Shown here: positions 24,977 to 35,212 of the stretch, piece by piece | How positions within the stretch are numbered: the stretch's first letter is position 1 | Layout: each line of letters starts with the position of its first letter | From: a virus | Taxonomy: Duplodnaviria > Caudoviricetes | IMG/VR virus record: IMGVR_UViG_3300021958_000035 | Coordinates: 1-64,000 of that record | Length of the DNA: 64,000 bases | Reading direction: 5' to 3' (one strand) | Program-made: the position numbers and the translations under genes | Notes under the pieces: model-generated | Told to the model about the DNA's origin: nothing | The model's input: the letters and a program-made list of their open reading frames with translations, nothing else | Databases searched by the model: none

Positions 24977-25615
24977 ATGGCTACTGTACGTCCTTCCGGT
25001 GCTGGCGATGAAGTTGTTGGTAACGGAGAAGTCCGTGACGGTGGAACCGTCATTCGTGGTGGCTCAAACGCTGCCGGTGTCATGACTAAGAGCCTTACCT
25101 TGGCCGAGATTGCTGACGATCAAGGCCAAACCTTTGGTTCGAAGGTTGTTGCTAACGATGGAACAGGTAATCAATACACTGACAGGGTTGGTGTTGGTAA
25201 AGCTGTTTCTGGTGGCACAATCGCTTATCAGGCTAGTACTACTGAGTGGGTTGTTAAGGGTGGTAATGTTTCCACTACTCTTGGTGGTGTTGCTAACACA
25301 ACCTTGATTGGTGGTCAAGCCGGTCCTGACCCAGTTCGTGGCAATATCGCTAGTCTTGAAACGACCCGTGATTATGGTGATATGACTATTGATATATTGG
25401 CTGCTCCAGCTTCGGGTATCAATTCTTACAGAACTATTACTGGTGGTGGATCTGAGAAGAATTACATCGACCCCGCTGTTGCTGGTGGTGCAACCAACTC
25501 TGCTGACTCTGCTGCGAATACCACTCGTGCTATTCCCGGTGAGTTTGTTTACAGAGATGGTTCAGCGAACCCAATTCAGGATGACTTCAAATCAAAAGAA
25601 GCTCCTGAAGCATAA
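24977..25615 (+). CDS. Gly/Thr/Ala-rich protein, probably virion-associated
   Basis: AGGAG RBS, TATAAT at 24897 upstream and terminator downstream, beta-rich composition. Confidence 0.6.
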   Translation: MATVRPSGAGDEVVGNGEVRDGGTVIRGGSNAAGVMTKSLTLAEIADDQGQTFGSKVVANDGTGNQYTDRVGVGKAVSGGTIAYQASTTEWVVKGGNVSTTLGGVANTTLIGGQAGPDPVRGNIASLETTRDYGDMTIDILAAPASGINSYRTITGGGSEKNYIDPAVAGGATNSADSAANTTRAIPGEFVYRDGSANPIQDDFKSKEAPEA

Positions 25616-25632
25616 ACTTCCTATACAAATTT

Positions 25633-25664
25633 AACTTAGCCCTCAGAGATGGGGGCTAGGTTTT
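25633..25664 (+). terminator. intrinsic terminator
   Basis: AACTTAGCCCTCA-GAGA-TGGGGGCTAGGTT + TT. Confidence 0.75.
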
Positions 25665-25682
25665 CCTTTATGGAGGTTTATA

Positions 25683-26267
25683 ATGGTTACGCCGGAGTTT
25701 GCAGGAGCAATAGCAACACTTATCGGTGCATTCATCGGAGTGTTAGGTTTTTTGTACAAAATCTTTAGCTTTGTCAAGTCATTTCAAAGATTTGAAGAAG
25801 AAGTAAAGAAATCAATTAGCATTATTAAAGCAGAAGTTACGCCTAATAGTGGCAAATCTTTAAAAGATACTGTAAATTCATTGAAAAAGGCTTGTGATAG
25901 AATAGAAACTAGACAAAAGGTATTAGATCAAAGATCGAAAGCCGCCCTTCACTATAACGAGAGTCCGCTTTTTGAGACAGATATTAAGGGTAGATTAACT
26001 TGGTGCAACGAAGCATTTTTAGAATTAACAAACGACAACGGTGGTTGTAAAGACGAATTCGATTGGCTAACGGTTATCGAAGATGATCGAAGAGAGCATT
26101 TTCTGAAAGAGTTTGACTCTTGTTTGAAAATGTGCAGGAAGATTGACATTGAAACCATCTCCGTTCATGGAAGGCCCATACATTTTGTTGGACACCCTTA
26201 CAAACTTGGTAAAGGTATTCATGAAGGATTTTTAATTCATCTTTATTTACAGGAGAATGAGAAATGA
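25683..26267 (+). CDS. TM + coiled-coil + PAS-domain protein
   Basis: TM; PNSGKSLKD; FETD.KG.LTWCN..F..LT...W...I..DD PAS signature. Confidence 0.75.
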   Translation: MVTPEFAGAIATLIGAFIGVLGFLYKIFSFVKSFQRFEEEVKKSISIIKAEVTPNSGKSLKDTVNSLKKACDRIETRQKVLDQRSKAALHYNESPLFETDIKGRLTWCNEAFLELTNDNGGCKDEFDWLTVIEDDRREHFLKEFDSCLKMCRKIDIETISVHGRPIHFVGHPYKLGKGIHEGFLIHLYLQENEK

Positions 26268-26482
26268 ACAAAGGCAGTAAAAGATTTACTTTAAACTTGA
26301 GCGACATTTCTGGTGTCGTCAAAACCGCTATTTTGGTGGGCGGTGCAGCAGCACTGACTGTTATTGCAGAAAACTTGCATGTTCTTGACATTGGACATTA
26401 TGCTCCGCTTATTGTTCCAATCATCGCTCTTGGTCTTGATACCGCGATCAAGTGGCTCAAAGACGCTTCACCGAAAGATTAA
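26264..26482 (+). CDS. holin-like two-TM protein
   Basis: 72 aa, two hydrophobic helices, charged C-terminus. Confidence 0.55.
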   Translation: MNKGSKRFTLNLSDISGVVKTAILVGGAAALTVIAENLHVLDIGHYAPLIVPIIALGLDTAIKWLKDASPKD

Positions 26483-26499
26483 GACAGTAGGAGTAAATA

Positions 26500-27423
26500 A
26501 TGGACTTTAACACCGCACGCAATTTGCTTAACGCATATCGCAACGGTTTTGAGGGTGCTGTATGTGACCCAGAAGAAACCGCAGAATTGTTAGGCCGGTT
26601 AAAGACCCCACTTTTTGGTACTACTGCTTATAAGCTATTTGGAGCAGGGGAAGGTAAACTTTCCCTGCCCTTTCTTTCTTTGCTCAAATTCGATAAGGGG
26701 TTTGGCCCAGCAGAGCGGCAAACAACTGGCGACTGTGTAAGTCATGCAACTAGAAATGCATTAGACTTAACCAGAGCAGTTGAAATTGATATCAAGGGTG
26801 AGTCAGAAGATTTCATTGTTAGAAGTGCAACGGAGGCTATCTATCAAAGTAGAGGTCACAGAGGTCAAGGGATGACTTGCTCTGGAGCCGCTAAATACGT
26901 CTACGAGAAGGGTGGAATTCTTTTAAGAAAAGATTATGGCGACATTGATTTGTCTGTCTATAACTCAAACACTGGGTCACAAGGTCGCATTCCCGATAGT
27001 ATCTACAAGACTGAAGCTCAGAGACACCAAGTAGAGACCATATCTTTGATCTCTACAGTAGAAGAGGCCAGAGATGCTTTAGCTAATGGTTACGGCATAT
27101 CAGTGTGTTCTGGTTATGGTTTTTCTAGTAGGCGAGATTCTAAAGGTATAGCAAAGAGATCGGACGGTTGGTCACATGCTATGGCTTGGATTGCTTGCGA
27201 CGATACGAGAAAAAGATATAACGAAACCTTATTTTTGGTTCAAAACAGTTGGGGTAAATGGAATAATGGTCCCAAGGTTCACGGACAACCAGACGGTAGC
27301 TTTTGGATCAGAGAAAAAGATGCTAGAGGTATGTTGGGATCAAGAGGCTCTTGGGTCTTTAGTAATGTAAATGGTTTCCCCGCGAGAAAACTTCCCGACT
27401 ACGGATTCAATAAATATTTATGA
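26500..27423 (+). CDS. papain-like (C1) cysteine peptidase
   Basis: Q..GDC, HAM, QNSWG..W...GSFW catalytic motifs. Confidence 0.88.
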   Translation: MDFNTARNLLNAYRNGFEGAVCDPEETAELLGRLKTPLFGTTAYKLFGAGEGKLSLPFLSLLKFDKGFGPAERQTTGDCVSHATRNALDLTRAVEIDIKGESEDFIVRSATEAIYQSRGHRGQGMTCSGAAKYVYEKGGILLRKDYGDIDLSVYNSNTGSQGRIPDSIYKTEAQRHQVETISLISTVEEARDALANGYGISVCSGYGFSSRRDSKGIAKRSDGWSHAMAWIACDDTRKRYNETLFLVQNSWGKWNNGPKVHGQPDGSFWIREKDARGMLGSRGSWVFSNVNGFPARKLPDYGFNKYL

Positions 27424-27433
27424 GGAGATAAAA

Positions 27434-28015
27434 GTGTATAGAAACTCAGTATTTGCACTATCATTATGTTTGCTGGTTGTTGGTTGTAGTGGTATTGTCG
27501 CACAAGATTACGACCACGCTAAGAAAATTAGGGCTTATCAGGCGACACGTTTAGCTGTTGCTGTAATGAACACTCCAAATACAATTCCAGATGAAGACGA
27601 TGTAGAACAATGTGATGGCTCTGGTTATATTACTCATGGTGATGGTCACAGAACGCTTTGCCCCGGCTGTCCAGCCTGCAAGGAGAAAGATGGAAAAGAA
27701 CCTGTCGCTGCTGATATCGAACCAGAATACAATGTATATCATTTTGGTGCTGAATGGTGTGGGCCATGCCAGCAGATGATTAAGAATACTTGGCCTGATG
27801 AAAAAATGATTGAGTTTCTAAAAGATAAAAATGTAAAACTTTTTGTGTTCGATGCAGACAACGAAGATCATAAGAAGTATTTCTCGTACTATAAAGTGAC
27901 TTCGTACCCTACAATTATATTGTTAGATGCAGATAATTTGGATACCCCACTTCAAAGAAATGTCGGTGGAGTGAGTGCAGAGGTCATGATTAAACAATTG
28001 GGTAAGGCACTATGA
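27434..28015 (+). CDS. exported thioredoxin-like protein with Zn-ribbon
   Basis: GAGGAG RBS + GTG; signal/lipobox VVGC; CDGSG...CPGC; WCGPC; YPT cis-Pro loop. Confidence 0.85.
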   Translation: MYRNSVFALSLCLLVVGCSGIVAQDYDHAKKIRAYQATRLAVAVMNTPNTIPDEDDVEQCDGSGYITHGDGHRTLCPGCPACKEKDGKEPVAADIEPEYNVYHFGAEWCGPCQQMIKNTWPDEKMIEFLKDKNVKLFVFDADNEDHKKYFSYYKVTSYPTIILLDADNLDTPLQRNVGGVSAEVMIKQLGKAL

Positions 28016-28347
28016 ATGATTTAAACAAAGTAGCAACAAGAATATCTTCTCACGTTGCAGGCAAAGATAAGAACTTTGGGCTAGACCCAATGACTATCTC
28101 AATTATTATCAGCATCATCACCAATCTTGTAAAACTTTGGTGGAGTTGCAGAAGCAAAAGTAAGGTTCGTGAGCAACTGCGGAATCCCTCTTGGTTATTT
28201 AAACTCTTTCTCAAAAGAGAGATCAGAAAACAACAGGTCAAAGGAGGCTCCCGTAGAAATACGATGTACGGAGCTTTTCTTGATGTTGGCAAAAATTTGT
28301 CGGATAAAGAATTGAACAATATTTTAGAAGAGATTGGAGGAAAGTAG
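28012..28347 (+). CDS. hypothetical membrane protein
   Basis: DP.TI.III.II..L segment. Confidence 0.7.
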   Translation: MNDLNKVATRISSHVAGKDKNFGLDPMTISIIISIITNLVKLWWSCRSKSKVREQLRNPSWLFKLFLKREIRKQQVKGGSRRNTMYGAFLDVGKNLSDKELNNILEEIGGK

Positions 28348-28623
28348 ATGAATACATTTCAGTGGGTCATGCTAGCTGCTGCTATTTTTTTAGTTGCACC
28401 AGTGGTTTTTGAGAAGTTTAAAGGGCTTATTTCATCTGCCCCTACGTCGCCACCTGTGCCACCCGCACCTGAGCATGTGAATATTTGCGACGGACTGGTT
28501 GATGTTGTTAAGTGTTGGGAACACTTATGTGATTGCTGTGAGGCTCAGGGCATGGAGGATGCTGCCAGAGAACTCAAAGAAATCTTCCCGTTATTTGTGA
28601 TTCAGGAGGTAAAGAATGAGTAA
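28348..28623 (+). CDS. hypothetical membrane protein
   Basis: N-terminal TM, Pro-rich linker. Confidence 0.7.
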   Translation: MNTFQWVMLAAAIFLVAPVVFEKFKGLISSAPTSPPVPPAPEHVNICDGLVDVVKCWEHLCDCCEAQGMEDAARELKEIFPLFVIQEVKNE

Positions 28624-29095
28624 TCAACTCAGAACGATATTAGCTGCTGTTCTGTGTGTGATTGCACTTTTTGGCGAACCTGCATTTGAGTGGGTTAAAA
28701 ACAATGTAGATATTATCAATATTGTGCCAGACGATCCAGACGTAAAAGTGAATGAGCCATCTTTAGAGAATAAAGAATTAGTCGATGACATTGTCAAGAT
28801 TGATTTTTCAAAAGAAGATAGAGAGCTTGTTTCTTACTTCTTCCTAGAACTAGCAGACGTTTTAAGAGATGACGATAAGATCATCAAAACAACGGGCCAG
28901 TTTGCCAACTTTAATGTAATGGCAGGCATCCTGCATTTTGATACAGACTTTGCCGGTAAATACAGGGGTTTCGGTGACGCTGTAGAATATGCAGTCCAAA
29001 ATTCCATTGGTTTAGAGAATCAGCCTTTGACCGATAGTAAGCGTCAAGATCTTGTAGATGTCCTCGAAGCAGTAGCTTGGAGTGCCAATCAATGA
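28616..29095 (+). CDS. hypothetical membrane-anchored protein
   Basis: AGGAGG RBS, N-terminal TM. Confidence 0.75.
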   Translation: MSNQLRTILAAVLCVIALFGEPAFEWVKNNVDIINIVPDDPDVKVNEPSLENKELVDDIVKIDFSKEDRELVSYFFLELADVLRDDDKIIKTTGQFANFNVMAGILHFDTDFAGKYRGFGDAVEYAVQNSIGLENQPLTDSKRQDLVDVLEAVAWSANQ

Positions 29096-29265
29096 GCTTA
29101 ATAGATGTATTGCTTGACAGAATGATGGACAAGTACGGCATTGAGCGTAAAGATATTGACAAGGCGAAAAGAATGATGGATAAGGTTGAGTTCGTAAAAC
29201 GTAACGGCGAAAACTATTTGATTATCGACATTGGTGACGGAATGGAACTCTCTATCAAACAATAA
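29092..29265 (+). CDS. hypothetical protein
   Basis: ATGA-coupled start at 29092. Confidence 0.65.
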   Translation: MSLIDVLLDRMMDKYGIERKDIDKAKRMMDKVEFVKRNGENYLIIDIGDGMELSIKQ

Positions 29266-29272
29266 AAATTTT

Positions 29273-29316
29273 ACCTCTCTTTAGTGGAACGATATCTACT
29301 TTAGAGAGGTTTTTTT
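29273..29316 (+). terminator. intrinsic terminator
   Basis: ACCTCTCT..AGTGGA/TCTACT..AGAGAGGT + T-run. Confidence 0.85.
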
Positions 29317-29327
29317 GTACTTTCCTC

Positions 29328-29356
29328 TTGACAAAACCGGCTTCGTAGACTATAAT
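29328..29356 (+). promoter_or_regulatory. class B promoter (nrd operon)
   Basis: TTGACA-17-TATAAT with GTAGACTATAAT. Confidence 0.85.
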
Positions 29357-29412
29357 AGAGTACAAGAACCCGCTACATTCGACAATATTTGTATAAAGAT
29401 AGGAACAACTAG

Positions 29413-31641
29413 ATGCAGGTTACAAAACGCGGTGGATCTAAAGAAGATTTCTCAGTAGAAAAGATCCACAAAGTTGTAAGCTGGGCGGTTAAAGGTATTA
29501 ACGGTGTGTCACTCTCTGACGTTGAGATGAACGCGAACCTGTCCCTGTATGATGGAATTACTAGCTCAGAGATTCATCAGATTCTCATCAAGTCAGCAAG
29601 CGATTTGATATCAACATCTTCACCCAACTATCAGTATGTCGCCGCTAGACTGCTGAATATGCAACTCAGAAAAGAAGTTTGGGGCTACGGAGATCAGCCC
29701 ACTGACTTCCTGATTTTCATTCGTAGAAACGTAGATAATGGCATCTATGACCCACAACTGGAGAAGAAGTGGAGTGAAGAAGAAATTGATGCCTTTGGTA
29801 AGTATATTAGTCACAATCGTGATGATATGTTTACATATGCTGGTCTACAGCAAATGATTGATAAATACTTAGTAAAGAATAGAAGTACGGGCCATATCTA
29901 TGAGACCCCACAGTTTGCTTATATGGCTATTGCTATGTGTCTATTCGATGATATTAACGAGGTAAAACAAGCGTATGACTGTTACTCCACGTTTCAGATT
30001 AATCTTCCTACTCCTATTATGGCTGGTGTGCGTACCAATATTCGTCAGTTCGCATCCTGCGTTCTCGTCGATGTAGACGACAATCTTGATGCTATCTTTA
30101 GTAGCATACACGCCGTTGGAAAGTACACCGCTAGACGAGCAGGAATTGGACTCAACATCGGACGTATGAGACCAATCAACTCACCTATCAGGTGTGGAGA
30201 AGTCATCCATACAGGACTCATACCATACCTAAAAAACTTTGAGTCAGCAGTTAAATCAACGTCTCAGAATGGACTTCGGGGAGGATCGGCAACAGTCCAC
30301 GTACCTTTCTGGCACTTTGAGATTGAAGACATTCTTGTGCTTAAGAATAATGCAGGGACTGACGATAACAGAGTTAGAAAGCTGGACTACAGTATTCAGT
30401 TTTGTAAACTATTCTATGACCGTTTAATTGCCAATGAAGATATTACTTTGTTCAGTCCTCATGAAACAAATGGTTTGTATGAAGCGTTTGGTGATAACGA
30501 AAAGTTTGAAGAGCTATATCTTAAATATGAAGGCAAGAGATCACTAAAGTTTAGAAAGAAGATTCCAGCAAGAAAGCTGGCAGAAATCTTTGCTCGCGAA
30601 CGCTTGGAAACTGGACGTATCTACAGTATGAATATTGACTCAGCCAATGAACACGGATCGTGGAATGTACCATGTTATATGTCAAATCTGTGTCAGGAAA
30701 TTATTCACCCGACAAAACCTATTCAGGCCATTGATGATGCAGAAGGCGAGATTGGCATTTGCATTTTGTCTGCGTTAAACCTGTTGGAGATGAATGATGA
30801 GAAAGATATTGAAGAAGCGTGTCGAATTGCTGTACGGACTCTTGACTCTGTTATTGATTACCAAGATTACCCCGTACTTGCAGGCGAAAACTTTACCAAA
30901 AATAGGCGATCACTTGGAATTGGTATTACTAACCTTGCGGGTTTCTTAGCTAAGAATAAACTAAAATACGAAGATGCCGGAGCGTTAGAGTTGGTTCATG
31001 AGGCTATGGAACAGATCCAATGGAATCTCCTAAATGCAAGTTGTGAGTTGGCAGAAGAAAAGGGTGCATGTTCTAAGTTTGGTGAGACTAAATACTCACA
31101 GGGTTTGTTACCTATTGACTGGTACAAGAACACTGTAGACGAATTAATTAAACCTAATTATAATATGGATTGGGAGGGGTTGCGTGAAAGGATTAAAAAA
31201 CACGGTCTTCGGCACTCTACTTTATCTGCTATTATGCCTTGTGAGTCTAGCTCCGTTATTCAGAACTCTACCAATGGAATTGAACCCGTCAGATCGTTGC
31301 TGATTCACAAAAAGGCAAAGAATGGCGTGCTAAAACAATTAGTGCCAAACTATCACATGAGAAAGAACTTCTACACACTCGCGTGGGACATGCCAAACAA
31401 TAAAGCTATGCTCAACTTGGCTGCTGTGATCCAGAAGTTTGTGGATATGAGTATAAGTACAAACCTGTATTATAACTACTCTCACTATGAGGATGGAAAT
31501 ATCCCATTGAGTGTTCTTATTAAAGATCAAATCTATGGCTATAAGTATGGACTGAAGAATTTTTATTATGCCAACACACCTGATGGTGATGGCGAAACTG
31601 AAAGAGAAATGAATTGCGAATCTGGAGCTTGCTCGATTTGA
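29413..31641 (+). CDS. nrdA: ribonucleotide reductase class Ia alpha subunit
   Basis: ATP cone (VTKR.G), PTPIMAG, SCV, SNLCQEI, C-terminal CESGAC; uninterrupted. Confidence 0.97.
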   Translation: MQVTKRGGSKEDFSVEKIHKVVSWAVKGINGVSLSDVEMNANLSLYDGITSSEIHQILIKSASDLISTSSPNYQYVAARLLNMQLRKEVWGYGDQPTDFLIFIRRNVDNGIYDPQLEKKWSEEEIDAFGKYISHNRDDMFTYAGLQQMIDKYLVKNRSTGHIYETPQFAYMAIAMCLFDDINEVKQAYDCYSTFQINLPTPIMAGVRTNIRQFASCVLVDVDDNLDAIFSSIHAVGKYTARRAGIGLNIGRMRPINSPIRCGEVIHTGLIPYLKNFESAVKSTSQNGLRGGSATVHVPFWHFEIEDILVLKNNAGTDDNRVRKLDYSIQFCKLFYDRLIANEDITLFSPHETNGLYEAFGDNEKFEELYLKYEGKRSLKFRKKIPARKLAEIFARERLETGRIYSMNIDSANEHGSWNVPCYMSNLCQEIIHPTKPIQAIDDAEGEIGICILSALNLLEMNDEKDIEEACRIAVRTLDSVIDYQDYPVLAGENFTKNRRSLGIGITNLAGFLAKNKLKYEDAGALELVHEAMEQIQWNLLNASCELAEEKGACSKFGETKYSQGLLPIDWYKNTVDELIKPNYNMDWEGLRERIKKHGLRHSTLSAIMPCESSSVIQNSTNGIEPVRSLLIHKKAKNGVLKQLVPNYHMRKNFYTLAWDMPNNKAMLNLAAVIQKFVDMSISTNLYYNYSHYEDGNIPLSVLIKDQIYGYKYGLKNFYYANTPDGDGETEREMNCESGACSI

Positions 31642-31696
31642 ATACTATTTTGTAGCCTCTTTGAGCATTAGATAATTTAAGCAGGGGAGATAAACA

Positions 31697-32773
31697 ATGA
31701 AGACGATTTTTAATACCAAGAATGTCGATCCAATGTCACAACCGCTTTTTCTCGGTAAAGACCTTGGTCTTCAGCGATATGACGTAGTTAAGTATCCTAT
31801 CTTTAAAGAACTTGACAGCAAGCAGATGATGAACTTCTGGCGACCAGAAGAAATCGAACTCAAGAAAGATCGCGGCGACTTCAAAGAGATGTCGGACAAT
31901 GAGAAGTTTATCTTTACGTCTAATCTTAAATACCAGACTATGCTCGATAGTGTAATCTGCCGTGGCGTTCCTACCCTACTGGAGTTCGTCACCAATACAG
32001 AACTAGAAGCCTGCCTGATGACTTGGCAGTTCTTTGAGAAGATTCACTCACAAAGTTATAGCTATATCATTCAGAATGTCTTTGCTGACAGTTCCGAAAT
32101 TTTTAGCGGAATTTATGAAGATAAAGAGATTATGAAGCGGGCAAATAGTGCTATCGAAGACTATAATAACTTGATGGGTATGAGTTGTGACTCTACCAAA
32201 CCATCTAATCTGAAGAAGCAAATCTATATGACCATTGTTAGTATCAACATCCTTGAAGCCATCCGTTTCTATGTGAGTTTTGTTTGTAGCTTTGCGTTTG
32301 CAGAGAACAAGAAGATGGTCGGCAATGCAGATATTATCAAGCTCATCAAACGTGATGAGTCATTACATCTAGCTAATACTCAACAAATTCTAAAGATTCT
32401 ACACACAGAAGAGTCAGAAGGGTTTGTTAGTACAGCCGCTAAATGTCAAGACGACGCCATTGAAATGTTTGATAGAGCAGCGGCAGAAGAAAAAGAATGG
32501 GCATCGTACCTGTTCCAAAACGGATCAATCATTGGACTCAATGAGACTGTACTACATCAGTATATTGATTGGCTCTGTATGTCTCGAAGAAAAGCCATTG
32601 GGATTCCATACGAAAACGTTGGAAAGAACCCAATCGCAGGTTGGACGCAGGCTTGGATGCATAGCGAAAGCGTTCAAGTTGCTCCACAGGAACATGAAAT
32701 TACTAGCTACAAAATCGGTGCTAGTAAGAATGATTTAGACGATATGGATTTAGGAGGATTTACTTATGAATAA
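31697..32773 (+). CDS. nrdB: ribonucleotide reductase class Ia beta subunit
   Basis: FWRPEE, E.IHS.SY, LEAIRFY.SF, RDE.LH, APQE.E..SY. Confidence 0.97.
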   Translation: MKTIFNTKNVDPMSQPLFLGKDLGLQRYDVVKYPIFKELDSKQMMNFWRPEEIELKKDRGDFKEMSDNEKFIFTSNLKYQTMLDSVICRGVPTLLEFVTNTELEACLMTWQFFEKIHSQSYSYIIQNVFADSSEIFSGIYEDKEIMKRANSAIEDYNNLMGMSCDSTKPSNLKKQIYMTIVSINILEAIRFYVSFVCSFAFAENKKMVGNADIIKLIKRDESLHLANTQQILKILHTEESEGFVSTAAKCQDDAIEMFDRAAAEEKEWASYLFQNGSIIGLNETVLHQYIDWLCMSRRKAIGIPYENVGKNPIAGWTQAWMHSESVQVAPQEHEITSYKIGASKNDLDDMDLGGFTYE

Positions 32774-33098
32774 TGTATGTAAAGATTATTGTAATACTGG
32801 AACTGAATCTTATATTACAAAGATTACACAGTGGCATCACGACCGTAATCTTATTGAAGGGTCTACAGACAAAGATCAATTTTGTAAGCTAATGCAGGAG
32901 GCCGGTGAGCTTTCGGATAGTATTTGCAAAGGTAAAGATGTCTCTGACGATATTGGCGACATGATTGTTGTACTAATCAATATTGCAGAGAGGAACAAAT
33001 TAAACATCTCTAAATGTCTTGCGAAGGCATGGGATGACATTGAAGATAGGAAAGGTAAGATGGTTGACGGTGTGTTCGTTAAGGAGGCCGATCTATAA
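32766..33098 (+). CDS. MazG-like nucleotide pyrophosphohydrolase
   Basis: KL..EAGEL, DDIGD, I.DRKGKMVDGVFVKE.DL. Confidence 0.88.
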   Translation: MNNVCKDYCNTGTESYITKITQWHHDRNLIEGSTDKDQFCKLMQEAGELSDSICKGKDVSDDIGDMIVVLINIAERNKLNISKCLAKAWDDIEDRKGKMVDGVFVKEADL

Positions 33099-33121
33099 AC
33101 TTTTCCAGATAAGGGTTTTAA

Positions 33122-33793
33122 ATGAGAACTAAACGACAAAGACGAGACGACAACAAGAAATCTAATCACAAAATTAAGCCTTTAGAAGCAAAAACAGATA
33201 ATCAAAGAGATTATATTAGGGCGATTGTAGAGAATGACATTATTTTTTGCTCTGGCCCTGCTGGTTCTGGCAAATCGTTCATAGCCGCAGGAATTGCAGC
33301 AGAGCACTTATATAACGGAAAAAATGAGCAAATCATTGTAACTAGACCATTAGTTTGTACTGGTAAAGACATTGGGGCTTTGCCGGGAGAAATGGGTGAG
33401 AAAATCGCACCTTATCTTTTACCAATGGAAGAAAACCTAAAACACTTTCTTGGTCAAGCACACTACGGTCTTTATTCCAATGAGGGTAAGATCCAGTACA
33501 AACCTTTAGAAGTCATGAGAGGGTCTACATTTCATAACTCTTACATGATTTTGGATGAGGCACAAAACTGTACTGAAGATCAGATTAAAATGTTTGTCTC
33601 TCGTATGGGCGAAAACAGTAAAGTCATTATCAATGGAGATATTGAACAAGATGATCTGCGTGGTCGGAGTGGTCTTGAGTTTTGCATGAATAGACTAGAC
33701 CGTATTGACGGTATTGGAATCTGCGAATTAGACTATGAGGACATTCAGAGGAATGGGATTATAGGAAGATTTTTAAGAGCATTGGAGAACTAA
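33122..33793 (+). CDS. phoH: PhoH-like ATPase
   Basis: GPAGSGKS, MRGSTF, ILDEAQN, GD..Q.D. Confidence 0.93.
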   Translation: MRTKRQRRDDNKKSNHKIKPLEAKTDNQRDYIRAIVENDIIFCSGPAGSGKSFIAAGIAAEHLYNGKNEQIIVTRPLVCTGKDIGALPGEMGEKIAPYLLPMEENLKHFLGQAHYGLYSNEGKIQYKPLEVMRGSTFHNSYMILDEAQNCTEDQIKMFVSRMGENSKVIINGDIEQDDLRGRSGLEFCMNRLDRIDGIGICELDYEDIQRNGIIGRFLRALEN

Positions 33794-34147
33794 ATGCCAA
33801 CATATGTTTATGAGTGTAGTGCATGTGAACACTCTTTTGAAAAGTTGCAAAAGATGACTGACGACCCACTCAAGAAATGCCCTGAGTGTGGTAAGAAGAA
33901 ACTGTTTAAAGTTTTGACTGGGGGTTTTTATGGATTTGTTTCTGGAAGCGAAACTATTGGAGGTCTTGCGGATAAAAACGCTAGAGAAAACAAAAACAAA
34001 ATCGCAGAAGCAGAAGCAAAAAAACGTGAGTCAACACCAGAAGTACCAAAGGCTTGGTACGACAAGTATGGAAATGCTACACCAAAAGAAATTAATAAAA
34101 TGACACAGCAACAAAAAACTAAATATATCATGGGAGGCCGTAAATGA
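33794..34147 (+). CDS. FmdB-like zinc-ribbon protein
   Basis: [11 protein letters not shown]...CPECG. Confidence 0.85.
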   Translation: MPTYVYECSACEHSFEKLQKMTDDPLKKCPECGKKKLFKVLTGGFYGFVSGSETIGGLADKNARENKNKIAEAEAKKRESTPEVPKAWYDKYGNATPKEINKMTQQQKTKYIMGGRK

Positions 34148-34476
34148 GGTTTGTTGACGAAAAATTTTTACCACAAGAAGAAAAGACTGTACTTCTGTTT
34201 GGAAAAACTGGAGAAGTATTAAACAAAGATGAACAGCATAAATTGCCGCACTATGCTAAAATTGTGCAGAATTTAGAAGATAAAGAAACTTATTATATTA
34301 GAATCTATCAAAGTACACCATTCGACCCAACGGGTCCATACGGTAGAAGAGAGAGAAATCTAGATACGCAAATTAAAAGCGTTTCAAGAAGCACTTTTGA
34401 TTTTTATGTTACATATTTAAAAACTAATAATTCAATTTACTTAACCAAGGCTCAACGAGGATTTTTAAATGACTAA
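34144..34476 (+). CDS. hypothetical protein
   Basis: coupled ORF. Confidence 0.75.
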   Translation: MRFVDEKFLPQEEKTVLLFGKTGEVLNKDEQHKLPHYAKIVQNLEDKETYYIRIYQSTPFDPTGPYGRRERNLDTQIKSVSRSTFDFYVTYLKTNNSIYLTKAQRGFLND

Positions 34477-34774
34477 AAAGGGACCGCTCAGCAAGGCAGA
34501 GAAGTTTTACATTGAAGGCCATCTGGAAAAACCGATGGAAGATTTGTGCAAAGATTTAGATAGAGCTAAGTCTAGCATTGAGAAATACATTAAGACCATT
34601 CCAGTTGATGACAAGCAAAAGGCAGAAACCTTGCTGCTACAGCAGTTTGCCAGAAATGGAAAAGGGTCTACGGTTATGACTCAAAATGCAGCAGAATTGT
34701 CAGATGAAAAACGTTCTAAGTTTACAAATAATGGAACGATAAGAAGCTCCAAGTGTACCACGAATACTAGGTGA
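34469..34774 (+). CDS. hypothetical HTH-like protein
   Basis: LSKAEKFYI....DLCKDLDR.KSSIEKYI. Confidence 0.7.
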   Translation: MTKKGPLSKAEKFYIEGHLEKPMEDLCKDLDRAKSSIEKYIKTIPVDDKQKAETLLLQQFARNGKGSTVMTQNAAELSDEKRSKFTNNGTIRSSKCTTNTR

Positions 34775-34777
34775 CAA

Positions 34778-35212
34778 ATGGATGATAAAAAGTGGGGCGA
34801 ATTTTATTCGTCAGACAGAAAAAATATAAGCAAAGTCTTCGTAAAGGTTATGACGACCGATAAAAATCATTGGTTCTTTTCCGATTATGATATATGGTAC
34901 GAAGTAAAAGATTATTGTGAGAAAAATTCTGTGTTTATTCAGGATTTGCACTTGCAATTTCGGTCTAACAAATGTATAATAGATATAGGAGAGTGTAAAG
35001 CACTATATTTAGTGAGGTCCGCTCTCGGTGCTATAGGTCAACCGACAAAAAATTACTTCACCGTGGGAACATTAAACGATGGAGTGGTTCACAAGCAAAT
35101 GTGGTTGACTCCAGAATTAATTTTAGACAAGCAGTACGACGATGATTTGTCTGAATGTTTTAGCGAGGCTATAATCTACAATGAACAAAAGAAAAAGAAG
35201 CGAAAAGAGTAA
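34778..35212 (+). CDS. hypothetical protein
   Basis: operonic ORF. Confidence 0.75.
   Translation: MDDKKWGEFYSSDRKNISKVFVKVMTTDKNHWFFSDYDIWYEVKDYCEKNSVFIQDLHLQFRSNKCIIDIGECKALYLVRSALGAIGQPTKNYFTVGTLNDGVVHKQMWLTPELILDKQYDDDLSECFSEAIIYNEQKKKKRKE

Noticed and set aside
29413-32773. Introns or inteins in nrdA/nrdB
   Set aside because: Both are of normal length with contiguous motifs
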